Positions 1 through 12,949 of a DNA stretch of 64,000 nucleotides are shown piece by piece. Origin of the DNA: Macrostomum lignano (Eukaryota). The notes beneath the pieces are model-generated. The model did not search any database, had not been told where the DNA came from, and saw only the letters and a program-made list of their open reading frames with translations. Location: NCBI GenBank assembly GCA_002269645.1, contig NIVC01001726.1:124001-188000 (forward strand), written 5' to 3'. The translations under genes were made by a program, and so were the position numbers. Numbering within the stretch: the stretch's first letter is position 1; each line of letters begins with the position of its first letter.

Positions 1-107
1 ACTAGATTATAGCTTAATTACCTGTTGCTGCTTTGCTTCACTGGCAAATTTTAACAGGTACAGTTTTCATATACCTTCATTTCACAAATGAGTGGGAGAT
101 AAGGGAG

Positions 108-735
108 GAGAGGAGATAAAGTAGACATGAGACAGATAAGGTAGATGTGAGACAGATAAGGTAGACATGAGACAGATAAGGTAGACATGAGACAGATAAG
201 GTAGATGTGAGACAGATAAGGTAGACATGAGACAGATAAGGTAGATGTGAGACAGATAAGGTAGACATGAGACAGATAAGGTAGATGTGAGACAGATAAG
301 GTAGATATGAGACAGATAAGGTAGATGTGAGACAGATAAGGTAGACATGAGACAGATAAGGTAGATGTGAGACAGATAAAGTAGACATGAGACAGATAAG
401 GTAGATGTGAGACAGATAAGGTAGACATGAGACAGATAAGGTAGATGTGAGACAGATAAGGTAGACATGAGACAGATAAGGTAGATGTGAGACAGATAAA
501 GTAGACATGAGACAGATAAGGTAGATGTGAGACAGATAAGGTAGACATGAGACAGATAAGGTAGATGTGAGACAGATAAGGTAGACATGAGACAGATAAG
601 GTAGGTAGATGTGAGACAGATAAGGTAGACATGAGACAGATAAGGTAGGCATGAGACAGATAAGGTAGACATGAGACAGATAAGGTAGGCATGAGACAGA
701 TAAGGTAGATGTGAGACAGATAAGGTAGACACGAG
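108..735. repeat. Minisatellite, 20-bp unit GAGACAGATAAGGTAGA(CAT/TGT), two variants mostly alternating (40-bp higher order)
   Basis: Exact 20-nt periodicity visible across lines 121-720; the overlapping 213-227 aa ORFs are translations of the repeat. Confidence 0.97.
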
Positions 736-844
736 GGAAAAACACATTGCTACCCTCCACTCAATCAGTCATGCATCAAATATGATAGATAGCAGAGTAA
801 AACACGAGCTGAGGCAGTCAGGTGCATACGCAACAGCCTCCCAG

Positions 845-3800
845 TCACTCCGAACAGTCGGTAAGCAGTTCCACAATGACCGGCTCCAGCCAGTCGCCGC
901 GCATCAGAACTTTACAACCGATAGCCTTAGCAAACCTGCGCAGTCCGTCAGCCCTGAGCCCGGCCTCGGCCTGGCTAAATCTGTACAGCTCGCCCGGCTG
1001 GCCAAGGTGCAGGCGGAGCCGGTACCAGAACAGCGCCTCCATTAGGGCCGTGCACACCAGCTGACAGCTCAGGGCATCGCGCGGTGCCCGCCTGACCAGG
1101 GCTTCGTAGCCGCCGCCGCCGCTGGACACGAAGGCGAACCAATCGCGGCAGTGGAACAGAGCGTCTAGCAGGCGACGGATGCTGTGATAGGCGGCCACGT
1201 GTTTCTCCGTGATCTGGCGGCAGCGAGGGTTGGGGAGATGCTGGCTTGAAAATGCATTCCAGTGAATAAGAAGAGATCACCTACTACTGAGTAGACCCGA
1301 CAAAAACGGCACCCCAGAAGCTTGCTTGCATCGCCCCAGAATCGTTTCACAGTCGTTACAGGTAACACAGGTAAAACAGAAAAGAAGTGACTCCAGACGA
1401 TTCTAAAACGACAAAATGTCACCCAGACGGAGCTTCTGGACCTTCAACAGGTGGCACCAGCCACCCTGCTGCGAATTAGTCTAGTTCCGCTAATCAAGCC
1501 TCCACAGTGGGCAAATCTCAACTGCTGGACATCCTCAACTCGTAGTCTTTTAAGCATTCTCATCCCCTTTGTAGTTCGACGGGCGGAAAAATGGCTTGGT
1601 ATTCCTACTGTTAATATTGAAATGCTATCAGTTAAGTTCCAATCTTTAACTTTCACCGTTGTATATCGACGGGTTTTAGTGCTAATCCTATTAACCGCCG
1701 CTGCTCCTCCAGTCCTACATCGATTGCGTCATCTCAAAGTTCTCACCGCGGCCACGTGACTCGGCCGCAGCTCCAGCGGCTCCCTGTGGCAGCGCAGCAG
1801 AGCGGTCAAATAATCGCGCTTAAAATCGCGGAAGATTCCAACACGACGGCAGTGCTTATCGAAGCTGGCTTCGGTCCAGCTCGTCACCAGGGCGATGTTC
1901 TTCAGGCTGGTCTCCAGGCCGGGCTCCAGCGCGATCTCCGAGGCCACGGTCCGCAGCTGCTCCAGCGCGGTGAACACTGAGCGCAGATACGGCACGCTCA
2001 GCTTAGACCGTCTATCGCTGACAATGCGCTCAATGACGCCTGACCAGAACTGGTTCAAGCCGGTCCTCAGCACCGTCACGCCGCCGGACTCGTCGGCGCT
2101 ATTATTGGCGCCGTCCCGACTGTCTGTCAGGAATTCAACAACGGCTTGGGACAGCAGGTTGGCGGAGAAGGCGTTCCAGCCGTTGAATGCAAAACGGCTG
2201 GCCCACATGTCCAGGGCGCCGATCAGCGAGGCCTCGTCCGGGTTCAGCGAATCCGCATTGCGACGAGCTTTGCCGTTGTTGCCGTCTCCGGCCGCCGGTT
2301 TCGACTTCGGCAGGTCCTCCGCCGTTGAACTTTTTGTTGACGAAATTGGCAAAGTTGGCGGCGGCGGAGGCGGCGGCGGCGGCCGGTGGACGCTGAACTC
2401 CAGCAGGCTGTAGCGCTGGCCAAGGCGCCAGTCAATTCGACAGTCGGCAAAAGCGGCCGACGTCAACGAAGCTTCCGGCGGAGTGGCGTCGGCGATGATC
2501 TCGGCATCCAGTCGGACAGTGTAGGCTGGCGGGCTTGGCTTTTGCCCGGACACTGCGGCCAGGCAGACTCGGCGCAGATTGGCTTCGTCAAGGAGGCCGG
2601 GCGAGCCGCTGCCGGCAGTCAGCAGCTGCTGTCGGAGCGCTGATTCCGATGGCCAGCTGCTGGCGCCTGCAGCGGCAGCGGCGCTCTTGGCAGCGGCGCC
2701 TCGTCTTCGAGTCTTTGTTGGCGACACGTTGCCGCCGCTGCAGCCGGCGCCACCGAGAACGCCGAGCTCGACGGCAGAATTGACGCAGGCAACGCCGAGC
2801 GGCCATTCGACGGTGCCGCAGCATCGAGCCAGCATGTCGTCGATTTGACGTCGAAGTTTCGACGCACTGGCGGCATCAGCGTTAGCTGACGACGAAACTA
2901 GTTCAGCGACAAGCCGGCTGATAGCAGCGCGGCCGTGGCGAGCCCAGGCCACGGGCGGCTGGCCGCGATACTTCAGCAGCTCCTCGCTATCAACTTTAGG
3001 CAGCTGGTCGTCTGGCGGCAGCGGCAGACTGTCATCCGGGTCGTTTAGCAGCCAACGGGCCAGAGGGTCGGGCTTTGGCTGAGGAGTCAGCGGCTCAAGC
3101 AGGCACTCGGCGATGGCGTCCAGGGCCGGGCGAAGCTGCTCTGCCGAGTTGAAGGCCTCGGCCAAGGCTCGGGCGTCGTCTAGACGTCGACGAATACTAG
3201 CGGCCGAGGCGATCTGGCGACGCGGATGCGGGGTCAGGTGCAGGATGACGAGGCATTCGATAAGGGCGGCGGCCAGGGCGGGCCGCGCGTAGGCGATGGC
3301 GGCGGCTTTGGCGGCGGCCTCCGTTTCGGCGGCCGCCTTGGCAGCGGCTTCCGCTTCCGGGTCGGGCTTGACCGCTTCCGTCTCGGCATTGTCGGCAGCC
3401 GAATTGTCAGCCTCGGCCTCGCCCTCCGCCATTGACGATTTCTCAGCCTCGGCTGGAGCGGCAGCGGCCGCAGCGGCCACGGCTGCCGCCCTCTGTTTGG
3501 CCAGCTCCCGAGGCAAATTATCCAGAGCCGATCGGATCCGATCGATAGCTTGATCGAGGCGCCACACCGATTCGTTATTGTCGCCGACATCGTCTTTGCC
3601 CTCGGCGTCGGCTTTGCCAGCGTCGGCGTCCAAATCGGTGAGCAGACAAGCAGCGATAGCGTCGCGAACGACGGCTACAACGTTGAACGGCAGTTGTACA
3701 GTCGGAAAGGTCGGAAGTTCGAGCTTCTGCTCGGTTAGTCGGACTAGCTGAGACAGCATCGGCTGGGACAGGCCGGCTTCGCTGGACCAATCGGCGGTCT

Positions 3801-4515
3801 GGCAGATGCTTGAGAACAGCTGCTGAGGGGGCAGCTGCTCCGCCAGGCTGGCCAGGTTGCCGGCTAGCTGGGCGGCGGACTCGGCCAGCTGGAAGCCGAA
3901 GCCGCTGGCCAGCCGGTTAACTTCGGCGAGGGCATCGCCAACCTGACGAAGCGACGGCATGCGCGGATTGGCAGCGTCGAGCCGCTGCACCGGCAGGTGG
4001 CGCACGTAAAGGCGGAGCAGGCGGCTGAAGCAGGCGGACAGCAGGTCGACGGCGGCTTCGGCGACTGCGGATGCAGCATCGCTCTCGTCGGCCAGACAGT
4101 CGGCCAGGCAGCATTCCAAACGGTCGGATCCGGCTGCCAAGAATCGGACAAAAGCGTCCGGTCGGGCGATGAGTCGGACAGCGTCGGCGCTGAAATCGGA
4201 CAGGCGGGCCTTCAGGCCGGCCAGCTGCTCAGAGTCGGCGTCCGACGGTTCAAGGAGCTCCAAGAAGGCCCGGTCAGTTGGCGGCCTGGGCGACGAGGAT
4301 GTCAACAACAGTTTCATGCGTTTAGCCGGCGTCGCGCTGTCTCCGTTTTGACTAGCCTGAGTCTTGGTTTCCCCATCGGAGTCTTTGTTTGAGTCGGCCT
4401 TGCGCTTCTGGCCGGCGGTGGCAGCGGCGGCCGCGGCAGTGGCCGATGTCGTCTCGTCCGGCTTGGTGCTGGCGGCTTCCGCGCCAGTCATGCTTTCGTC
4501 TGTTGGTTCGGACAT
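845..4515 (-). CDS. Orphan protein A, about 1054 aa, two exons, Ala/Leu-rich, predicted helical, basic NLS-like clusters
   Basis: Exon 1 4515-1747 (ATG in ACAGCCATG context; donor GCG|GTGAGA; 923 codons). Exon 2 1240-845 (acceptor CCAG|CAT; 132 codons incl. TGA). Phase 0/0 joins cleanly. GC-rich coding-like composition. No family recognised. Confidence 0.8.
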
Positions 4516-4647
4516 GGCTGTCTCTTATCTAGCTGGGAGATTGCTGAAATTCATAACGTAACTAGGAGTTTAATTTACTACGATACATATCGGCTCGCTT
4601 AAGGCAATAAACATGCATCAAGTGATAGTACAAAAATTCACTGGGTT

Positions 4648-6292
4648 GCCTCACTGGTTGTGGTTGCCTGACTGGTTCTGGTTGCCTCACTGGTTCTAGT
4701 TACCCCACGAGGTTGCCTGACTGGTTCTGGTTGCCTCACTGGTTCTGGTTGTCTCATTAGGTTGCCTGACTGGTTCTGGTTGCCTCACTGGTTCTAGTTA
4801 CCCCACGAGGTTGCCTGACTGGTTCTGGTTGCCTCACTGGTTCTGGTTACCCCACGAGGTTGCCTGACTGGTTCTGGTTGCCTCACTAGGTTTCCTAACT
4901 GGTTCTGGTTGCCTCACTAGGTTGCCTTACTGGCTCTGGTTGCCTCACTGGTTCTGATTGCCTCACTAGGTTGCCTCACTAGGTTTCCTAACTGGTTCTG
5001 GTTGTCTCACTGGTTCTGGTTGCCTCACTAGGTTGCCTTACAGGCTCTGGTTGCCTCACTAGGTTGCCTCACTGGTTCTGGTTGCCTCACTAGGTTTCCT
5101 CACTGGTTCTGGTTGCCTGACTAGGTTGCCTTACTGGCTCTGGTTGCCTCACTGGTTCTGGTTGCCTGACTAGGTTGCCTTACTGGCTCTGGTTGCCTCA
5201 CTGGTTCTGGTTGCCTCACTAGGTTGCCTTACTGGCTCTGGTTGCCTCACTAGGTTGCCTCACTGGTTCTGGTTGCCTGACTAGGTTGCCTTACTGGCTC
5301 TGGTTGCCTCACTAGGTTGCCTTACTGGCTCTGGTTGCCTCACTGGTTCTGGTTGCCTGACTAGGTTGCCTTACTGGCTCTGGTTGCCTCACTAGGTTGC
5401 CTTACTGGCTCTGGTTGCCTCACTAGGTTGCCTTACTGGCTCTGGTTGCCTCACTAGGTTGCCTTACTGGCTCTGGTTGTTTCACTAGGTTGCCTCACTG
5501 GTTCTGGTTGCCTCACTAGGTTTCCTCACTGGTTCTGGTTGCCTCACTGGTTCTGGTTGCCTCACTGGTTCTGGTTGCCTCACTGGTTCTGGTTGCCTCA
5601 CTAGTTCTGGTTGCCTCACTGGTTCTGGTTGCCTCACTGGTTCTGGTTGCCTCACTGGTTCTGGTTGCCTCACTGGTTCTGGTTGCCTCACTGGTTCTGG
5701 TTGCCTCACTAGGTTGCCTTACTGGCTCTGGTTGCCTCACTGGGTTGCCTTACTGGCTCTGGTTGCCTCACTAGGTTGCCTCACTGGTTCTGGTTGCCTC
5801 ACTAGGTTGCCTCACTGGTTCTGGTTGCCTCACTAGGTTGCCTCACTGGTTCTGGTTGCCTCACTGGTTCTGGTTACCTCACTAGGTTGCCTCACTGGTT
5901 CTGGTTGCCTCACTGGTTCTGGTTACCTCACTAGGTTGCCTCACTGGTTCTGGTTGCCTCATTAGGTTGCCTCACTGGTTCTGGTTGCCTCACTGGTTCT
6001 GGTTACCTCACTAGGTTGCCTCACTGGTTCTGGTTGCCTCACTAGGTTGCCTCACTGGTTCTGGTTGCCTCACTGGTTCTGGTTGCCTCACTAGGTTGCC
6101 TCACTGGTTCTGGTTGCCTCACTGGTTCTGGTTACCTCACTAGGTTGCCTCACTGGTTCTGGTTGCCTCACTGGTTCTGGTTACCTCACTAGGTTGCCTC
6201 ACTGGTTCTGGTTGCCTCATTAGGTTGCCTCACTGGTTCTGGTTTCCTCACTAGGTTGTCTTACGTGGGTTGCCTCATGTGGGTTGCCTCAC
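4648..6292. repeat. Minisatellite mosaic of 18-bp GGTTGCCTCACTGGTTCT and 12-13-bp GGTTGCCTCACTA units
   Basis: Direct reading of tandem units with interleaved length variants. Confidence 0.96.
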
Positions 6293-7164
6293 TGATCGGC
6301 CGCAAAGCTAAACATCTATACAGCTGGTTAACAAAACAGTAAGAAGCAAATTACAAAGAGCAACATTTTATAAGCCGTTTTTTTTCAGGTACCGTTGCAG
6401 TATAAAAAATAATAAAATAGAAACGATCAATGACCATTATTGCAGCGGAGAATAGATTTTTATTAGCAAAATATATGATAGATAAAAGAAGTACAGCGGA
6501 ACGTTAACAAAAATACATGGAGAAGCTTTAGCGCATATTAATAATTGCTTGATAGAAAACTCATGCGGTTCGATAGTAAAAAAACAGCTGAGAACAATTA
6601 ATACAGTGCAGCATAATACAGGAATATAGTTAAATAAAATAGGTAAAATAAACGCAGCATACTACTTTCAGTCGCCGACTTGAATTAATACGAATCAAAT
6701 GAAATGTTATATATATAAAGCATAAGCATGTATTTAAAAAAGAGGCTTGTCAATTTTAAAAAACGGATCGATTGTGTATAAATAGAATCAGATAAACACT
6801 TACTGATAAGCGCAACCATTTACAGTGCAAAGCGTATAATTACCGGTAATTGGCTAATATACACTTCAATTTTTGGGATATTGTGAACAATCGAACACAG
6901 AATTGAACGCTTATTTCGCGAATAGAATATGTTTTATTACAATTAATAAAGTAAAATAAAACTGTTACAATGTGCGTAAAGATGCACGTAAAAATGCCCC
7001 TATAAAAATGCTCAACTTGTTTGCGTTATAAAAATATAGCAATTATTATAAGAATAATTAGCAGTACGTAAGGGATAGACTATTTCCCTAACGCATACTT
7101 TTCTAACCTGTTATTAATTTAATCTGCCTAAATCTGAAAGTATAACCACAAATCCTGCAAAATC

Positions 7165-7660
7165 CCATTTTCAACAATCCATAAATCCCATTTTCAATAA
7201 TCCATAAATGCCATTTTCAATAATCCATAAATCTCCTTATCAACAATCCATAAATCCCATTTTCAGTAATCCATAAATCCCATTTTAAACAATCCATAAA
7301 TCCCATTTTCAATAATCCATAAATCCCATTTTCAACAATCCATAGATCCCATTTTAAACAATCAATAAATCCCATTTTAAACAATCAATAAATCCCATTT
7401 TAAACAATCAATAAATCCCATTTTAAACAATCAATAAATCCCCTTATCAACAATCCATAAATCCCATTTTCAGTAATCCATAAATCCCATTTTCAACAAT
7501 CAATAAATCCCACTTTCAGTAATCCATAAATCCCATTTTAAACAATCCATAGATCCCACTTTCAGTAATCCATAAATCCCATTTTAAACAATCCATAGAT
7601 CCCATTTTCAACAATCAATAAATCCCATTTTCAACAATCCATAGATCCCATTTTCAAATA
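7165..7660. repeat. Minisatellite, 23-bp unit AATCCATAAATCCCATTTTCAAC
   Basis: About 20 degenerate tandem copies just 3' of orphan gene B. Confidence 0.93.
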
Positions 7661-7715
7661 ACCCATTAATCCCAAGTCATTGCTGCACACAAGCCAACCA
7701 GTCTGAATTCATAAA

Positions 7716-9600
7716 TCAAATCTCAGAGCAGCGCTTGCCAGTGAGCGGGTAGGGCTCCATAACCAAGCCAGGCAGACGCGCATAGGACAAAGGCTGACAG
7801 GCCACTTCAGACGCTCGCGACAATCCAGCCGAAGAGGCACCAGCAGCCGCGGACGCCGCTGTGGCCGACTTTGTCGCATTCGCGGTAGCTGTCGCAGATT
7901 TAGTAGTCGGAGCCATCGAGTAGGCGCCCCGGCTGCCGATAACGCTGAAACCAAGCTTGGACAGCAGGCCCGTCAGCTTGCGGAACCCGCCGACGTTTGA
8001 TCTCGACGTGCTTGTCGGAGGCGGCGGCGGCGGCGGCGGCGGCATCAGCTTGCTAGTCTTACATCGGGTCCGAGTTGATCGGTGAAACACGTCGGACAGT
8101 CGGTGCGGCGGCGTCAGCAGCACCGCCGGTTGAAGCTCCAAAGTCAACGATGGCGGCCGAGGAGCCGGCGTCTGCAGTCGACGAACAGGTGTAGATGTTG
8201 AAGCGTCAGACGGAGACGGTTGAGGCGTCTGGCTGAGGCGGTGCTGCTCATTATTCTGCTCCTCGTTGCACTGCTCAGCAGCAGCAGTAGCAGCGGAGCG
8301 AAGATCAAAGCGGATTTGCCGCCTCGGCTGCTGCTGAGCCACTGAGCCGGTCGATACGTCCGCGGCGGCCGCAACATTGGTGGTCGAAATGAACGAAGCC
8401 GACATGGTTGGCCCAGCCCCGCCACCGCCAACAAAGGAGGCTCCGCCAAATAATTTCAAACGTTTCCGACGCCCCCGAACATCGTCGGGATCTTCTAGTT
8501 CGCGGCGCTTTGCTTTGCGCTTAGAGGCGGTCTCGTCGCTCACTGGCGCGGGAGCCGCGGCAGGCCGTCTGCAGGGCAGTTTATCGCGCAGCCGGGCCAG
8601 GATTCGATCCAGTTCCACTTCGATGACGGACTCCAGCAGTCGGTGAGTAACTGGAGGATGCAGCGGCGACGACGTCAGGGTCAGCACGTCGACTGAAAGG
8701 TCGCTCCAGCGACGCCAGGCGGCGCGAACTGTGTCGGCGCTTGGTAGAGACGGATTGGCGACGTTGTCGTCACAACAGAACTGTAGCTGGGGCACCAGGG
8801 CTACCTGCAGTTGAATTAAAACTATTAATTGTCCATGTTCTGTATTGACTATGCTCAAGCGATTCCTACTGATTTCCGAAGGCAATTGAGTAGATATAAA
8901 CGGTTCTTAAACAGTTGACAGGAAGAATCTCTTTGAGAAGGTTGAGATTATCCTCATTCCCTAAGAATCTCCCTCTTATCCCCCTAAGAATCTCCCTCTT
9001 GTCCTCCTAAGAATCTCCCTCTTGTCCCCCTAAGAATCTCCCTCTTGTCCCCCTAAGAATCTCCCTCCTATCCCCCTATGAATCTCCATCTCATCTACTA
9101 ACAATCTCCCTCTCATCTACTAACAATCTCCCTCTCATCTACTAACAATCTCCCTCTCATCTACTAACAATCTCCCTCTCATCTACTAACAATCTCCATC
9201 TCATCAACTAACAATCTGCATCTCATCCACTAAAAATCCACTAGAATCAATAACAACAGAAATCCCCAGACGATACCAGTGAGACCCTCAGTAGATAGCA
9301 ACATAACTTATTAAAATATCCCAGGCATTTCCATCCCGTTGAACAAACCTCGACAAAGCAGTGCACCAGAACGGACACAACCAGGCGCCTGCAGTGCGCC
9401 GGAGTTGGCGCAGAGGCGCGCAGTTTCTTCAAACTGAGACTGACGGCGTCGCACAGGGCGGCTCGAGTTTCGGGTCGGACGGCGTGTGTAGACTGGGACC
9501 AGCCCACTGCCAGCAGGGGCAGCAGGTCACGAAGCAGCTCCCGAGACTGGCAGCGGAGCTGGCTGCAGCTGTCATCATGACTCGAAGCCAGCGTATTCAT
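7716..9600 (-). CDS. Orphan protein B, about 446 aa, two coding exons, bipartite NLS-like motif and low-complexity C-terminus
   Basis: Exon 9600-9349 (donor GAG|GTTTGT, 84 codons) joins exon 8804-7716 (acceptor CTGCAG|GTA, 363 codons) in phase 0. Contains KRKAKRR...RRKRLK. A donor at 9641 and acceptor at 9605 suggest a 37-nt 5'UTR intron. Confidence 0.65.
8960..9235. repeat. Intronic minisatellite, 23-bp CTAAGAATCTCCCTCTTGTCCCC grading into 22-bp CTAACAATCTCCCTCTCATCTA
   Basis: Tandem copies fill most of the intron of orphan B. Confidence 0.92.
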
Positions 9601-12109
9601 TTCGCTACCAGCAGGCGATTATCCAAAATATTTTTACTTACCTTTTCTTTGCAATTGACGACTCTTTTAGCTTATTCTTTAAAAGTACATTCTTAGACTT
9701 TCAATGCTGCCCTTTCTGTCGATCCGGTCTCGGGAGGCTGAAGGTGGATTTTTTTACTTTTAGCTAATATCTAGTTGACATCTAGCTGATATCTAATTTT
9801 CTAATTTACATCCAACGGACGAGCGTATCTAGCTGGTATCTAGACTACATCTACCTGATATTTAGTTTGCATCCAATATCCAGTCCACATCTAGCTGATA
9901 ACTAGTCTACATCTAGCTGATATTTAGGGTATCCTGAAGACCATAATGAGATGACCTAAATGGCGCTACATCTGAAAATAACGAATACAAAGAAAGAACA
10001 AAGCAAATAATTCCAGAATACAAAATTCAAAGTATAATTATTACATGCTCAAAGCATGGACAACCAAAATAGAAGAACGCCGAACTTGAAAAAAAGTTCG
10101 CTAAAAGCCGGTTTCTGCTGCACTCGCGAGTTTCCCAAGCTATTTTTCATGAAATGCTACCGGATACCGACAAGCCAGCGAGGTTACAACAAAACTTCAG
10201 ATGTTTCTATCGCACTTTTAAGTAATTTTCTAGTACGTTTTTTTGTAATTCCAGAAGGTGAGATACGTTCGTATTGTCAATTTATCGTATTGTCAAAAAC
10301 CGGTCTCAAGCGAAATTTTCAGGATTTGCGAGTTCAGCGTCATTCTGCTTTGGCAGCCCATGGCTCACAATCTGACAGAGAGCTAAATATCATACTCAAA
10401 ACACTTAGCCACACAAAACCTTGACAAGTAAAAAGCAAAGTCAAAAAATTTTTTAGCACCAAATTGCACAAGAATTCATAAAAAATAAGTCATAAAGATG
10501 GGAAGAAAAATATCCGGAGCGAAATTCTTTGTTGAAACATGAAAATGCTTTAGCATAGCATATGCATGGTGTCGTAATAATAACAGATAAATTTGGAAGA
10601 GGAGAAAACCAGGCAGATTTAAGCCAGAAACCACACGAGTTTTTAAAGAGATTTGCTAGCAAAGCGAACTTAATAATAAATTAGTAAAAAATATCAAACG
10701 TTTGTGAAAATATAATTACTCCTATATTATAACATTTCAATTTATTCGTCTTTCTGTTTTTTCTTCTAGACACTCCAATGATGCTAGCTACTGTTATTAT
10801 TTAGCGCGAGTTTTACTAAAACAGTTTTGATTTTTTAAAGACACTGATTTAATTATTACCTGTAGAAGCTTATTAATGATTTATCTCCCTAATTCAAAAT
10901 GGTCCTTTTTGGGTTGGTAAAAATCTCAATGGATTTACAAACATCGTAGTCTGTATCGAAAGCCAACAGGTCATTAACCTCTCTAGAAGAGATTGAATTC
11001 CGAGGCGCACGCTTACGCTGCAACAGTGCTCGGGCGGGCTCCTGTCCCAAATTCACAAAGTCTTCTTGAAGATAGTTTCCAGTTAAGTTTCTTGCAATAA
11101 TCTTAAGGTAGTTTAAAAGGTATTTTTTAAGTTTTCCGACATGGAAGGAAAAGATAAATAATCTAAGTCATTGTCGGCCGATTCTCCGTTCAGGAATGAT
11201 ATCTTGTACGCTTTTGCGCGCATGAATGGATGTCTATGGCAAAATCTCACTGAAAAAGCATTAGGCGCAGAAATGCATTCCTGCACGATGACTCATCCGA
11301 CGTTGGGATTCCTTTACGTTCACTCTTGACCGTGCAGGAATCATTCAATGAGAGCTCATGGTTCATGGTGTCTGTAATATGTATTAGTAGTCCTTAACTA
11401 TGGATGTACTGATGATGACCATGACCAAATCCTGTCCGGACTTGTTCCGAGATCCCGACTCCAAAAGTTTGTCCCATTCAATCACTAGTGCGTGCTCTGC
11501 CAAAGAGCGAAAATATTTCCAAGACAATTTATTCTCGTAATTTCGTAAATTCACTTTGTATTAAGAGCTAAGATGGATCTTATACTGTATAAGCTTCTAG
11601 TAGCCATTGTATTGACGGAATTTCCTAGATCAGTCAAGACAGGTATCAATTCAAACCTTTATAACAAGCAACTGAGGTAGAAATTATTGTTTTTTTCATT
11701 ACTTCTATTTTTGAAGCACATTGCAAAAATCAGCACCAAGACGGACGGAAGAGATGTATAAAAAACGTTTGTAACTAGACACGGACTTCGACCTAAATGC
11801 AGGAAGCAGACAATCCTGAGGTAAAGATATAGCCAAGCCAGATCAACCAACGATGTATACTCTTTCAAGATACCTACCTACCGATAAACCATTTTTAGTA
11901 TATGGATGAATAACTCATTGAGAAAGGAACAATCATACACGTTCATCTGCACCTTCAAATGAACTTTTATATTCAAAATAAGGATCCAGAGAAGCTACGA
12001 GTTCAGCTCTTCTCAATCAAAAGAGCTCAGAAGACACTAAATAAAAAGTGACAGAGTGAGAGCTAGAGTATCCGCAAAGTAGCGGACTGCTGAAGATTCA
12101 TTTTAAAAC

Positions 12110-12858
12110 TTGTTCTAATTAGGCTTCGAGCCTGTGTTTGCTTTTTAGTAAACGTGCTCTGACACAAAATACGACACGAACAAAAAAATGGCGACAAGGC
12201 CGGTTATCTGCAGGTAATCTACAGCAACCCTTGTAACTAGGAGTACGAGTAGCGTATGTAGTATTTTCTTCTGGCCAAGAAAGTCACTGAAGCTGAGAAA
12301 AAGGCCAACCTGCTGACCTGGATCGGAGAAGAGGCTTACTCAATTCTGAGGAACGCAATTGCACCAGAAGTCATACAAGGAGCTACTGACTGCACTCCGG
12401 CACCAGTTTACCCTGGAACTGAGCTCTATTGCTCAACGATTTCCATTCGCCCAACGGAAGCAGGATGGTGAGACAATAGCGGACTTTTTGGTAAGTCTTC
12501 GAAGTCTCAGTGCCACATTCCTCGATCAAGCTCTTTGCGATGCTTCTGGCTTCGATCTCAGATACGAGCATATGTTGAACAAGCTATTGACTCTCTAACT
12601 CTAAAAGACGAATCGACATTCAAAGTCGCAGTTGAGGCCCGGGTCATTGAAAATGCGTACAACAACGCTCGCAGCATCCAAGGATCGGCTTCAGCAGTGA
12701 ACAGAGTGGAAGCTCGAAGCGACCCACCAATACTGAGACCCACCAATTCAGGGAAGGAAAAGCCTACATCTACTCGCAAGTTCTACCGTTGCTCTGCCAC
12801 AGATCACTTGGTAAATCCATGCCCACATCGTAATAAAAAGTGTAGACACCACACTTAG
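12110..12858 (+). mobile_element. Degenerate Ty3/Gypsy LTR retrotransposon 5' part: LTR end, PBS and frameshifted gag
   Basis: ...ACA then TGGCGACAAG (12189-12198, PBS-like). Gag-like peptides LLTWIGEEAYSILRN, SYKELLTALRHQF, AQRFPFAQRKQDGETIADFLVSLRSL, FLDQALCD and a decayed CCHC knuckle (FYRCSATDHLVNPCPH), spread over different frames. Confidence 0.8.
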
Positions 12859-12949
12859 TTGCAGAGACTTGGTATAAATGAAGAAAGAGAGCTGTGTAAA
12901 AATATATTGCTAATTTTTTACGGTTTCATTTAAATGATGAAACTTGATA

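Noticed and set aside
51-760. Three 213-227 aa ORFs, and similar ORFs over other arrays (5485-5740, 29181-30022, 30995-32145, 32583-33164, 42152-42805, 51262-52612, 58271-59240)
   Set aside because: They are translations of stop-free tandem repeats lying in introns or spacers of genes whose spliced frames already close without them.
1756-4392. Many antisense and alternative-frame ORFs over GC-rich exons (also 16196-18597, 47847-48170, 57394-57981, 60536-61417)
   Set aside because: Expected shadow ORFs in GC-rich coding DNA; no independent splice or motif support.
845-9600. Retinoblastoma-pocket-like look of short peptides in orphans A and B
   Set aside because: The resemblance is limited to a few residues; the diagnostic pocket motifs are absent.
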